This document shows positions 1-11,805 of a stretch of 64,000 nucleotides of DNA, piece by piece. The DNA is taken from contig NC_088803.1 in the NCBI RefSeq assembly GCF_011386835.1, forward strand, positions 32,860,001 through 32,924,000, read 5' to 3'. A model generated the notes under the pieces. It was not told the origin of the DNA. It saw only the letters and a program-made list of their open reading frames with translations, and ran no database searches. The position numbers were made by a program, and so were the translations under genes. The stretch is from Chrysemys picta bellii (lineage: Eukaryota). Every line of letters begins with the position of its first letter. Position 1 is the stretch's first letter.

Positions 1-72
1 CCACTCTACTCAGCACTGATAAGGCCTGAACTGAAGTACTGCTCCCTGTTCTGGGCACCGCACTTTGGGAAA
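1..72 (+). mobile_element. CR1 LINE ORF2 fragment, left half (interrupted by the Harbinger insertion)
   Basis: Frame 1 reads PLYSALIRPELKYCSLFWAPHFGK. It continues in frame as DVEKLERVQRRATKMI at 4821 once the 73-4817 insert and one AAA copy are removed; this is a typical CR1 ORF2 C-terminal motif. Confidence 0.9.
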
Positions 73-441
73 GGGTATGTCTACACTACAAGAGTAGTTC
101 GATTTTACTTAAATCGATTAGTGGAACCGATATTACAAAGTCGAACGTGTGTATCCACACTAAGAACAGTAATTCGACTTTGTGAGTCCACACTAACGGG
201 GCAAGCATCGACATTGGAAGCGGTGCAGTGTGGGCAGCTTTCCCGCAGTCCTCGCTGCCCATTGGAATTCTGGGTCGAGCCCCCAATGCCTGCTGGGGAA
301 AAAAAATGTGTTGAGGGTGGTTTTGGGTAACTGTCGTCATTCAACCGTCACTCCCGCCCTCCCTCCCTGAAAGCGCCGGCGGGCAATCAGTTCACGCACT
401 TTTCTGGTGAGTGACAGCGTGGACGCCACAGCACTGCGAGC

Positions 442-1713
442 ATGGAGCCCGCTGCGACCATCGCTGCAGTTATGGCCGTTGTCAACACCTCGCACCTTAT
501 CATCCACCTTTTTCAGAGGCAGATGCTGAGAAATCGGGCGAGGAGGCTACGGCAGCGCGGTGAGGACATTAAGTCTGAGAGTGGCACAGACCTCTCGCAA
601 AGCACGGGACCCCGCGCTGTGGACATCATGGTGGCAATGGGTCATGTTGATTCTGTGGAACGGTGATTCTGGGCCCAGGAAACAAGCACGGACTGGTGGG
701 ACCGCATAGTGCTGCAGGTCTGGGATGAATCACAATGGCTGCGAAACTTTCGCATGCGTAAGAGAACTTTCCTGGAACTTTGTGAGTTGCTGTCCCCTGC
801 CCTGAAGCGCAAGGACACCCGGATGCGAGCAGCCCTGATGGTCCAGAAGCGAGTGGCCATAGCCCTCTGGAAGCTTGCAACGCCAGACAGCTACCGGTCA
901 GTCGCGAGCCACTTTGGCGTGGGCAAATCTACCGTGGGGGTTGCTGTGATGCAAGTAGCCAATGCAATCATTGAGCTACTGCTCTCAAAGGTAGTGACCC
1001 TGGGAAACGTGCAGGTCATCATAGATGGCTTCGCCGTGATGAGATTCCCAAACTGTGGTGGGGCTATAGATGGAACTCACATCCCTATCCTGGGACCGGA
1101 GCACCAGGCCAGCCAGTACATTAACAGAAAGGGCTACTTTTCAATGGTGCTGCAAGCACTGGTGGACCATAGGGGACGTTTTACCAACATCAACGTCGGA
1201 TGGCCGGGCAAGGTTCATGACGCTCGTGTTTTCAGGTCTGTTTAGACGGCTGCAGGAAGATATTTACTTCCCGGACCACAAAATAACTGTTGGGGATGTG
1301 GAGATGCCTATAGTGGTCCTCGGGACCCAGCCTACCCGCTAGTGCCCTGGCTCATGAAGCCCTATACAGGCGCCCTGGACAGTGAAAAAGAACTCTTCAA
1401 CTACCGTCTGAGCAAGTGCAGAATGGTGGTGGAGTGTGCTTTTGGACGTCTCAAGGGGAGATGGAGAAGCTTACTGACTCGCTCTGATCTCAGCGAAACC
1501 AATATCCCCATTGTTATTGCAGCTTGCTGTGTGCTCCACAATCTCTGTGAGAGCAAAGGGGAGATGTTTATGGCGGGGTGGGAGGTTGAGGCACATCCTG
1601 GCTGCTGATTACACCCAGCCAGACAGCCAGCGATTAGAAGAGTCAGGCGGGACGCGCTGTGCATCCGGGAGGCTTTGAAAGCTAGGTTCCACAGTGAGCA
1701 GGGTAACCTGTGA
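442..1713 (+). pseudogene. Harbinger (HARBI1-like, DDE_Tnp_4) transposase pseudogene
   Basis: ATG 442 and in-frame TGA at 664-666. Motifs NFRMRK, YRSVASHFGVGKST, AIDGTH (D 1069), HDARVF, GDPAY (D 1324), VVECAFGRLKGRWR (E 1432), CCVLHNLCE. Frameshifts near 1238, 1323 and 1590-1630. Terminal TGA 1711-1713; AATAAA 1837-1842. Confidence 0.93.
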
Positions 1714-2479
1714 CTATTAAGTTTGTTTAAAGAGAAGCTGAACCTGCCCCCGTTTCTTTACTCACTTAATGTTGACTATCCTCTCCAGTTACATACCCAC
1801 TTCACCCCGTTGCCCCCCTTCCAACACACTTTTAAAAATAAAAAATTGGAACTTTGTTCATTAACACCATTTTCTTTATTAAGCGTTTCGTGGTAAAGGG
1901 TTGAAACTGGGACGCATTCTGTGGTGGGGAGCGGGTGTATGATGGAAAGGACGCTTCTAAACTCGAGGAATGACAGGCTCCTGCTCCTAGAGTGGTCCGC
2001 AGTGGTGGACTGGTTGTTTCAACGGAGCCTGCCACCCCTCCTTTTTCGTGACTCTGTGTGTGGGGGCTATGTGACTTTGTGGCGGGGGAGGACGGTTACA
2101 GATCCCCTGCTGCGTGGCTCTGTCATCCAGGCTAAGGACCGCTGCATAAGATCTGTAACCGCCCTCCCCCGCCACAAACTCACATAGCCCCCCCCCACAG
2201 AACATGAAAACCACCTCCCAGACTGACCAGGGTGCCTAGTGACTGCAATGTGTGTGTGACCTGCTGCTGAACCTGCCCCCGTGTCTGTACCCTGGTAAAG
2301 GTGGCTGTCCTCTCCAATTACCACCCCCTTTCCCCCCTTCAGACACACTCTCCTCTAAAAGAACCTGACGGAAACAGTAATTAACAGAAACGTGTTTTTT
2401 ATTAACGACTACACAGTTAGGGGATGACACTGGGACGGGGGCTTGGGTGAGGTGCTTTTGGAGTGAAGGAAAGGACTTA

Positions 2480-2949
2480 TCAAAACTTTGGGAATGAGAG
2501 CCATCTGGTACTTGAGCAGTCTGCAGGGGTGGAGTGACTGTTTTCACGGCCCCTGCCGCCCCTCCTTCTTGGGACTTTGGGTGAGGGAGGGATGGGACTT
2601 TGTGGCGGGGGAGGGCGGTTAGAGACAGACTGCAGCGGGGCTCTGTCCTCCTGCCTCCGGTCCTGCAGAACATCTACAAGGCGCTGGAGCGTGTCCGTTT
2701 GCTCCCTCATTAGTCCAAGCAGTGTTTGAGTCGCCTGCTGGTCTTCCTGCCACCACCTGTCCTCCCTTTCGCTGTGTGATCGCTGGTATTGCGACATGTT
2801 CTCCCTTCACTGGGTCTGCTGTGCCGCCTCGGCTCGGGAGCAGCCCATAAGTTCGGAGAACATCTCATCCCGTGTCCTTCTCTTTCGGCGCCTAATCTGC
2901 GCCAGCCTCTGGGAGGGGGATGCCGGGGTAGGTCGGGAGACACTCGCAG
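2480..2949 (-). pseudogene. Harbinger Myb/SANT gene, exon 2 (one internal stop)
   Basis: Acceptor CCATTCCACAG| at 2950; phase 1 matches exon 1. Reads AASVSRPTP...IRRRKRRTRDEMFSELM. In-frame TGA at 2807-2809, then continues to LSFPKF-stop at 2480. Minus-strand AATAAA at 2398-2403. Confidence 0.82.
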
Positions 2950-3452
2950 CTGTGGAATGGGAAAAAGGGAGTGAATTCCTCACAAAGATACATTTTTGTG
3001 AACAATGAACATAGTCTTTCTCTGTGAACAAGACCATGCACAGCACCTATCACATGCGCACTCAGGACAAGGTCAAATTTTTGGCCTTCCCATTCAGTGC
3101 CTGGGGTCTTGGAGTACAGATCACACAAGCGGGGCAGGACAGCGGAATTCGGCTAGCAGGCGGACATGGTAAGCCGTAGACTTTTGGCTGCTGAAAGCTT
3201 AATTTATAGCAGTGCCCTCCTTTCACTTTCAAAGCAGTGCCCCTAGCGTTGCCCAGTTCCTGCTGCCGGCAATCCAGCCAGCATGAACTCTGCCCCTGTC
3301 CCACCCCCCTCGTGGCTGTCCCCGGGAAAGATCCCTGTATGCTTCCCCTGTCCCACCTCCACCACGTAGCTGTAAACTGCCAGTTACAGTTATGTAAAGG
3401 AACAGGCAATCAGTCCCAATACTAACATTCCCCTAACTTAAAGCAGGTCACC

Positions 3453-3743
3453 ATGAGTGATATCACTCTGATGAGGATCTCGGACACACAGAAAGACCGC
3501 ATGCTGCGTGAATGCCAGCAAAAACCAGGGCCGTATGCGGCCATGCTGTGCGAGGCACTTATCCCGGAGTACTTGCTGCTAGCCTGGCGCGGAAAAGTTT
3601 CCTACCATGGAGGACACAATAAGGCCGCTCTCCCCAGGAACCTAATGCAAAGGCTTTCAAATTACCTCCAGGAGGGCTTTGTGGAGATGTCCCAGGAGAA
3701 TTTCTGCTCTATCCCCGGACATATTGACACAATTTTCCAGTAG
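3453..3743 (+). CDS. Candidate third Harbinger ORF (96 aa, unknown function), antisense within the Myb intron
   Basis: Branch-point-like ACTAAC/CCTAAC at 3421-3437, AG acceptor at 3445-3446, Kozak GTCACCATG, TAG 3741-3743, AATAAA 3833-3838. I recognise no homologue. Confidence 0.45.
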   Translation: MSDITLMRISDTQKDRMLRECQQKPGPYAAMLCEALIPEYLLLAWRGKVSYHGGHNKAALPRNLMQRLSNYLQEGFVEMSQENFCSIPGHIDTIFQ

Positions 3744-3862
3744 TTGCACTGGCAAGGACTAAAAAGTAAAGCGCCTAGGGCAAAGTAATCATGAAAAACC
3801 CATTGTTAATATTCCATTCCTGTTCTGATCAAAATAAATGTTTACATGTTTAAAACACTTAC

Positions 3863-4427
3863 CGACTGATCCTTCCCCTGATTCAGGGTCAGGGTTAACG
3901 CCTTGGGAGGGTTGGTAAGGGATCTCCGTGAGGGTGATGAAGAGATCCTGGCTGATGGGGAAATCAGCGTTGTATGCGCTGTCGACTGCCTCGTCCTCCT
4001 CATCTCCTTCCTCATCTTCCCCATCCGCGAACATCTCAGAGGAAGCAGCCGTCGACAATACCCCATCATCAGAGTCCATGGACAGTGGTGGGGTAGTGGT
4101 GGCGGCTGCACCTAGAATGGAATGCAGTGCCTCATAGAAACGGCATGTCTGGGGCTGGGATCCGGAGCGTCCGTTTGACTCTTTGGTCTTCTGGTACCCT
4201 CGTCTCAGCTCCTTAATTTTCACGCGGCACTGCGTTGCATCCCAGCTGTATCCTCTGTCCGTCGTGGCTTTGGAGATCTTCTCATTCCGTTTTTTCGATC
4301 GCAGCTCTGAAAGCACGGACTCATCGCCCCACACAGCGATCGGATCCAAGACTTCCCGATCAGTCCATGCTGAGGCCCTCTTTCTATTCTGCGATTGCAT
4401 GGTCACCTCTGCTGGAGAGCTCTGCAT
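3863..4427 (-). pseudogene. Harbinger Myb/SANT (trihelix) DNA-binding gene, exon 1
   Basis: ATG at 4427. WTDREVLDPIAVWG...QCRVKIKELRRGY...CRFYEALHSILG trihelix motif followed by an acidic tract. Donor G|GTAAGT with the intron starting at 3862. Confidence 0.88.
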
Positions 4428-4817
4428 CGTTGCCAGTGCTGCTGAGCTCGCCACGATGTCCAAACAGGAAATGAGATTCAAACTGCCCAGACAGGAAAAG
4501 GAATTCAAATTTTCCCGGGGCTTTTCCTGTGTGGCTGGTCAGAGCATCTGAGCTCGGACTGCTGTCCAGAGCGTCAACAGAGTGGTGCACTGTGGGATAG
4601 CTCCCGGAGCTATTAGCGTTGAATTCCATCCACGCCTACCCTAATTCGACATGGCCATGTCGAATTTAGTGCTACTCCCCTCGTCGGGGAGGAGTACAGA
4701 AATCGATTTAAAGAGACCTCTATGTCGAACTAAATAGCTTCGTTGGGTGGACAGGTGCAGGGTTAATTTGATTTAACGCTGCTAAATTCGACATAACCTC
4801 CTAGTGTAGACCAGGCC

Positions 4818-5289
4818 AAAGATGTGGAGAAACTGGAGAGAGTCCAGAGGAGAGCAACAAAAATGATTAAAGGTCTAGAAAATGTGACCTACGAGGAAAG
4901 ATTGAAAAAATTAGATTTGTTTAGTCTGGAGAAAAGACTGAGGGGAAACATTATAACAGTCTTCAGGTATATAAAAGGTTGTTATAAAGAGGAGAGTGAT
5001 ATATTGTTCTCCTTAACCACTGAGGACAGGACGAGAAGCAATGGGCTTAAATTGCAGCAAGAGAGATTTAGGTTAGACATTAGGAAAAATTTCCTAAGTG
5101 TAAGGGTAGTTAAGCACTGGAACAAATTACCTAAGGAGGTTGTGAAATTTCCATCATTGGAGGTTTTTAAGAACAGGTTAGACATACACCTGTTAGGAAT
5201 GGTCTAGATAATACTTAGTTCTGCCTCAGTGCAGGGGACTGGACTAGATAACCTCTCAAGATCCCTTCCAGTCCTACATTTCTATGATT
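4818..5289 (+). mobile_element. CR1 LINE 3' end (ORF2 C-terminus, 3'UTR, ATTCTATG-type tail)
   Basis: EKLERVQRRATKMIKGLE...RVVKHWNKLP...RLDIHLLGMV-stop at 5207, followed by a CR1 3'UTR ending ...CCTACATTTCTATGATT. Confidence 0.92.
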
Positions 5290-6013
5290 TCTTACCCTTC
5301 CAGAGCTGCAGTTTTTCTCCCTTGCCAAATCTCTTCCCTGTGTAACATACACATAAGCAGTGACTATCCTATGGCAAGTAGCAGGGTGGATGAAATAGCC
5401 CGTAAGTTCCCTCTGAGAATGGGGGTCTGCTTCCTGAGCACAGAGAGGGGAGTCTCCCTGTCAGCCATGCAGCACATAATTGCCTCCTGCACAGATGGCC
5501 AAGATGGTCCCTTCCATTAGGCCTGCTGGAAATGCGGGTCAGGAACGAGGCTACCTCTGAAAGGGTTAGTGCCTCAGCTCAAAATTGCTTCTAGCATGCA
5601 AAGGGTTAAAGAAACAGTGGTTACACCATCAGTTCTCAACCTGTGCAGCTAGCTGCCTATGAGCCACCAGGGTTTGATAGCCTCTACTCTTTCCAAGCAG
5701 AGAAGTTGAGTTTCGGGGGGGGGGGGGGGGGGCTTAAAATTGAGCTCCTGTTTGCTCTGCATGGACATGTTTGCTCTGGCTCTTGTCCCCAGGGTAGGAT
5801 TTTGCTGGAATATCATTCTCACGCCATTAGGAGCACTATTAACCTGGCTGTGCTTTGGGGGTACTGTACGGATAGAGTGTGCCAAGTGTTCTGACTGATG
5901 TTCAGCATGCAAATATGGTCAGACAAGGAATTTGAACCCAATTATCGCTGTTATTTACTGGGTCAGGAGAGGAAAAGAACATTTCCATTTCCCTTTCTCC
6001 CTGTTAACTACAG

Positions 6014-6138
6014 GCATCACACAGGAAAAAATCAATGAGATGCGGGCTGCTCCGGAGCAGGCCATGATCTCTGACATCCGAGGTCTAATTGCAGCAGGAC
6101 AAGACCTGAACAGGACAGATATTCAAGGTGCTACATTG
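6014..6138 (+). CDS. PPP1R16B: PPP1R16B (TIMAP) internal coding exon
   Basis: AG|GCATC...TTG|GTGAGC, 125 nt; (G)ITQEKINEMRAAPEQAMISDIRGLIAAGQDLNRTDIQGATL. Confidence 0.93.
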
Positions 6139-6833
6139 GTGAGCAGAATTGCTACAGTATCCACCCTCGTCTGTCCCTACAACCTGTGTGAATTCTAGGA
6201 GGCTGTCAGTGGTGTGTGTCCTTTGTTAATCTCCAAGGACAAGTACAGTGTGAGGAGGTAGAAAGCTAGTGGCTTCTATTTTAGGTCATCTCCTTTGAGC
6301 AATAATGGTGTCCATGAGTAAAGACTTCGCAATTCAGGGCCTGATCTTGCTCCCACTGGAGTTAATGGCCAACTTCACAAGAACAAAGAAACAGATCAGA
6401 TCACTGGCCTATCTAGTCCAGTATTCTGTCTCTGATAGCGATCCAGTACCAGCTGCTTCAAAAGAAATCCCACAATGGGAGTCCTGTACACTCCAATGGG
6501 AGCATGAATTTTGGAAAAGTCTTTGGGCAGGTTGAGTAAAACCATTCAGTAGTTCTATTATCACTCCTAATCCTGTCTGATCTGACTTCTACTGAAGTGA
6601 GACTAAAAATCCTCATTGACTTTAGTGGGATCAGGCCCAGCTGAAGGATCTGACCCCATATCTTTTTGGTTGCCCCAAAGGAATCTGTTTGGCCTCTCAC
6701 TTAAACTTTCCCCAAAAGCTAAGGTGCCCTAGTAATACTGTTTTTTAACTGTAGTGTATTGTAGCCTGTGTGGCTGTGACCTTGGTAAGTTGACATTTGA
6801 GTTCAGAGGTATCTGAGAAGGCTTTGGTATCTA

Positions 6834-7324
6834 CAGGCCCATCGACAGCAATTCCGGGCCCCAGGACAGAACAGTCAATTGGCCCCTTAGAAACGGATGG
6901 CTGAGGTTTGATTCATGCAGGGTGGGCTGGAGTCGGGCCCCACGCTCCTGCTGGTCTGTCATGGCGTCGCCACATGGGCGCGGAGCTGGACCATGTGCGG
7001 CTGCTGGTGCACACACGCATATGCCACGGACGCTGTCTGCCTGACATTTGGGCAGTGCTGCGCCTGCACTGGCTGGTGCCCAGCGAGCTGCCGGCTGCAT
7101 TGCTGGGCGTGCTCTTCCGGCACCACCAGGGCTTCCACATGCCCTCCCGACTGCCTTCGCCACTGCCAGTACCACCCTGCGCACGCCTAGGAGCCCTGCG
7201 GCCCACCCAGGTGATTTAAAAGGGCCTGGGGCTCCTGTCTGCTACCATGGCAGTGTCGGCGGCCAGGGGCCCCTGGGCAATTGCCCTCTTTGCCCCTCCC
7301 CCTCCCCCCTCGTCAGCGGGCCTG
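6834..7324. mobile_element. hAT-type MITE (491 bp)
   Basis: Ends CAGGCCCATCGACAG / CGTCAGCGGGCCTG; perfect 8-bp TSD GGTATCTA (6826-6833, 7325-7332). Confidence 0.88.
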
Positions 7325-7939
7325 GGTATCTAGGTTACCTCATGTCATTACACAAGTGGCCAAACCATGACAGTGTAATTAAGTCTCTAACTCTAAAACA
7401 TTGATTAGTGAGATTCAGAAATCTTTCCCATATCATTAGTTACAAAATCTGAGGAGGGCAGGCTCTCTAAATAAGACTCTGGTGGCTGGAATCTTTCACG
7501 GGGCTTACATTTTCATGGCATTCCGAGGTTTCTCCTTTTAACTAATTTTCAATTCTTTGAACATCCTGTTTGACTATTCCATTAGCATCACCCAGCTCTG
7601 GCTTGTCGGGCAATCCTAAAATCTCTGTCTTATCATACCAGCACAGTAGAACTGTTATAATTTTGACAACTTCCCCCCTGGGGATCAAGCTTGCATTTAC
7701 CTTTCAGGCTATTGCTTGTGAAAGTCAAGAATTTCCTACTCACAAGCAGCCCCCTGTTGGCCTCATGAAGATATGACCACTGATGCAAAGCCTATAAGAA
7801 ATGAGCTAGCTCATGAGGGTTTGAGGGGAAGATGAGATTTGGCGCTCCATATATTTTATAATAGAGTGAGGGGATGCAAATGTATATAGTATATCCGATT
7901 GTGTATTCCTTTCACCCCACCTTCGGTATGTTGCTGTTT

Positions 7940-8015
7940 TAGACGGTGACCTCTCTGAGACAGGGACTGTCTGCCTGTGTGTTAGAACAGCACCTAGCAC
8001 AATGTGGCCCTGATC
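7940..8015 (+). repeat. Old L2/CR1-like 3' tail fragment
   Basis: GACAGGGACTGTC...AGAACAGCACCTAGCACAATGTGGCCCTGATC resembles amniote L2-type tails; recognised from memory only. Confidence 0.4.
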
Positions 8016-9386
8016 TCAATATTAATGACCACCAGCTTTGAAAAACTATTGCAACTATTGCCTTTTATTACCTGACAGCCACAAACTTCTAGTCTGGAAT
8101 GCATGACAGCAATGGCTCGTTTTCGTAGGGTGGTGCAGGCAGCTAACATTTCTTTTAGAAAAGCATTGAATTTTAGTACAAAAATAACTCTTACACAGAA
8201 TGATAGGATATGAAAAGGGCAAATTGAGCTTCCGACCTCCCTGTTTTGAGAGTATCCCTTAAATTACACACAAGAGAACACCAAGAAGTTTGTCAAGAAG
8301 ACAGCTGGTATAATTTCATTTCTGTGGCATGATCCACATTCCTTCTCCATTATGGAATGTGCAGAAAGGAGTAGAAGTTCTCTTTTCCCTACAACACCAC
8401 TTGAAATGGAATTACCTCTGTGAGGGAGGGACTGCTGCCGACTTGCATACAGTAAATTGCAAAACAGAGCATGGAGCAGGAAGAGGGTATGTTTTGATCA
8501 AGGATACAGCAGCAGACAGACAGTGTTAAGAAAAACTCCCCAGAGAGACCTAAATGTCCTCACAGAGTAGAAAAGATCCTCAGATGCCATTTGTGCTCTT
8601 GGTATCAGACGTTGGAGACCAAAATCTGAAATGCAGAGTCCCTGAATTGCAAGCACTCGGGGATTTAGATATCTTATTCACTTACATTGAGAGTGCAAGC
8701 AACAGCGTATGCAAAACTGTGGTCACGGAAATGGAAGCCTGGCTATGGCCAGGCTGAAAACTTGGTCCTAGAGATCCATTCCAGAGCATCTCAGAAGAAT
8801 GTCCTCTTTTCCCCATTGTCATGGAATGTGCACAGTGCCCTTTAGCTGTGATCCTCCACCCCAGAGCTGGCTGCATTGTGGTGGTGCTGCATGCTTAGTT
8901 TGTGAAGCATTGCAGAACCTTTTGAGATAAAAATACAAAATTTGGTGGGGGGGTTCATTCCTGACCACAGAGGCCTGCCACATTGCACCTAGCTCCACAG
9001 TACCTTACATTTATCTCTCCATAAATAGTTATAGATGGTGATTTCATTGGTTTAAAATGTACTTTGGATGCTGCTTTTGTTTTGATACATGTTAAAAAGC
9101 ATTTACATGTTAAAAACCCTTGGAGGACATTTTTAGATCAGCCCAAAGATCTTCACTGGCAGAGATTTACCTAAACCACATTGATGGCGTTCCAGGGTCC
9201 AACCAAACTCCCCTCGAAGTCAATGCAGTGTCTTGTCATTCACTTCAATGGGAGCTAAATCCAGCGCTGCTGTTTTTTCTTGGTCTAAACTCAGACACTG
9301 CAGTGGCATCACCTGGGTTACTTGGTGAAGAAGGAAGTTCATGAGCCTTAGACAGCAATTCATACTCTCTGTTCCTGGTCTCTTAG

Positions 9387-9593
<207 letters not shown>

Positions 9594-10543
9594 TGAGTGC
9601 TCTGGCCAGAGAGTGCACACTCCCTTTGTCTGCAAAATCCAGGTGTTCTGTGGGGGCAAGCAGAACAAGTGTATTGTGTGGGCAAAACAAGTCCAAACAA
9701 GTGCCAAAAAAGCCTTAATAATGCCATGATTCGCTCCGCCACACACATACACCAGCCAATATTTTGCATATGGCATGTATTGGAAAACTACTGTTTAGGA
9801 TGGTTTTCGAATGCTGTGAAAATGTCATTGGCACTGTTTCTTGTATCCCTCCCCCAGTAATGCTGGGGTCCTAGTTACCAGTTGTGCAAGGCTCAGAAAG
9901 CCCTAAAAAAAGACTTAAAATAGCTTTTTAGACATCCTCGTTACAGCTTTAAAGTCTGATACCTCAGGCTCTCCCTAGGGTAGAAATGAGTGCAGATCCC
10001 ACTGAGCAGCTGGGAATCTCACTGTGCCAGTGTTGGAGGGTTGGAGTGTGTTCTCTGCCTGTACATGTACATTCAAGGAATTGATTTGTTCCTAGTTTTT
10101 TTTCCTCCAATTCCCAGATCTCATGGATACCTATCTGCTAGTACTGTTTCTTAGGATATACATGCCAGGGTCCATTGCCGATGGACACAATGCCATCCTA
10201 TCAATTAGACATGGAGTGGATTTACTCCCAATTGTGGGGTCCCCGCCCATGGGCTGGAAGCATTGGGGGGTATCTAAGCTCAGAGTCTCACTAAAACCCT
10301 GGTGATTCTAAGTGAGGCGCTATCCCTGGGAGAGCTGGTGGGAAATCTTCCAATGGTTGAGCTGGTAGGAACTGTGCTTAGTATCTTGCATGGAGATCAC
10401 TCATACACTCACCAGTACAGTCGGAGATCCTGGTGTCAATGAATCATGCATCCCGCTGGTCCATAAGTTTGTCCCTTAGATCACATGCAGCTACTGATTA
10501 CCTAAACAGGGCTGTGAATATTGCTTCATTTCCCTTGCTGCAG

Positions 10544-10619
10544 ATGCAGATGGCAGAGTTGCTGGTGTCCCATGGGGCCAGCCTGAGTGCCAGGACGGCC
10601 TTTGATGAGATGCCAATAG
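10544..10619 (+). CDS. PPP1R16B: PPP1R16B coding exon
   Basis: GCAG|ATG...ATAG|GTGAGT, 76 nt; MQMAELLVSHGASLSARTAFDEMPI; phases consistent with neighbours. Confidence 0.95.
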
Positions 10620-10778
10620 GTGAGTTCAAATTCTCTCCTGGGTAAGGGTATTTCTGATCTTGGCTAAATCCCTAGGATTTTTCCAGACAGCACAAAGAAA
10701 CCAGGGAGCTTCTTAGCCTGCTGGAGTTCAGGGCTGAAATTTTTAAAAGTCTGATTCTTTTCAAGAGACTTAAAACCA

Positions 10779-10807
10779 TAAGTCCCATTGAAAGTCAATG
10801 GGACTTA
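10779..10807. repeat. Perfect 13-bp palindrome, core of a short palindromic interspersed repeat
   Basis: TAAGTCCCATTGA-AAG-TCAATGGGACTTA; related half-motifs near 6345-6370 and 6612-6637. Confidence 0.6.
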
Positions 10808-11675
10808 AGAGCGTAAGTGCCTCAGTCACTTCAGTGCTTTTGAAAATGTTACCTTTGCTCTTGAAGCATCAGCCTCTCCTTCGTACACCCCTGCCCACGT
10901 GTCTCCAGCTCCCCTTCCACCTGCCGGCTGCAGAACTGTGAATGGTTTGCTGCTTTTCAGGTCTTCTGCACCTACTCTGTGCAGCCCGAAGAATGTGGTT
11001 TTTATTACCCTGGTTTGTTGTGGCCAGATTCCAAGCCAGTTTGGTGTGGAGTGGAAAGTGGGGAGATAGGGAAGTCTGACACCTCGACTTCCAATCTCCG
11101 TTTCTAAGAATCCTATCCCCAGCTGCTGACCTACTGTCATTGTGTGTCCACGGGAACAGCAATTGGTTAAATACAGAAATTCTCAAAGGCTTCTTCTCTT
11201 CCCCATAGACCATCCATGTGATTCCAGGATTCACCCTACATTTCTAGAATATCCAAATATAAAGCAATGGTAAAAAACATCTCTTCCCCTTTGTGATGTG
11301 AGGTACAATACACTGCACAGAAGAGAGGGATCAAGTCAGTCTCTCTGGCCATTGCAGAACTAAATTCCACAGCATATTCTCCAGTGCTTTTTTCCAGTCC
11401 TGTTTTAGGTGCCCCAGACAATGCTGCTTCCACCAATTGCCTTAGGGACTGGCTTTCCTGTTCTGCTTACGTTTTCCTTCTCAATTCTATTCCATTATCT
11501 CTACCAAACTGTGAAGACCAAGAAGGCACAGCTTTGAGAGTGGCACAGGAGTGTCTAATTATGGTAGTTATCATGTGTGCTCCCTCTAGCCCCCACTCTC
11601 CCTGTTCCATTCAGCTGAGTGTATCACATTAGTACAGCCCTGCTCATGGCTTGGTTTGGTTTGTGTGTGCCGTAG

Positions 11676-11805
11676 ACTTGTGTGAAGAAGAGGAGTTCAA
11701 AGTGTTACTGCTGGAGCTGAAACATAAGCATGATGTGATCATGAAATCCCAGATGAGGCACAAGTCCTCCCTCAGCAGGAGGACCTCAAGCACGGGAAGC
11801 CGAGG
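11676..11805 (+). CDS. PPP1R16B: PPP1R16B coding exon
   Basis: CGTAG|ACTTG...CGAGG|GTGAGT, 130 nt; (D)LCEEEEFKVLLLELKHKHDVIMKSQMRHKSSLSRRTSSTGSR(G). Confidence 0.95.

Larger units (their letters stand above)
73..4817 (+). mobile_element. Full-length (4745 bp) PIF/Harbinger DNA transposon, decayed, in a PPP1R16B intron
   Basis: Imperfect TIRs GGGTATGTCTACACTA (73-88) and TAGTGTAGACCAGGCC (4802-4817; 12/16 match). 3-bp TSD AAA at 70-72 and 4818-4820. Contains convergent DDE transposase and Myb/SANT genes. Confidence 0.95.
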
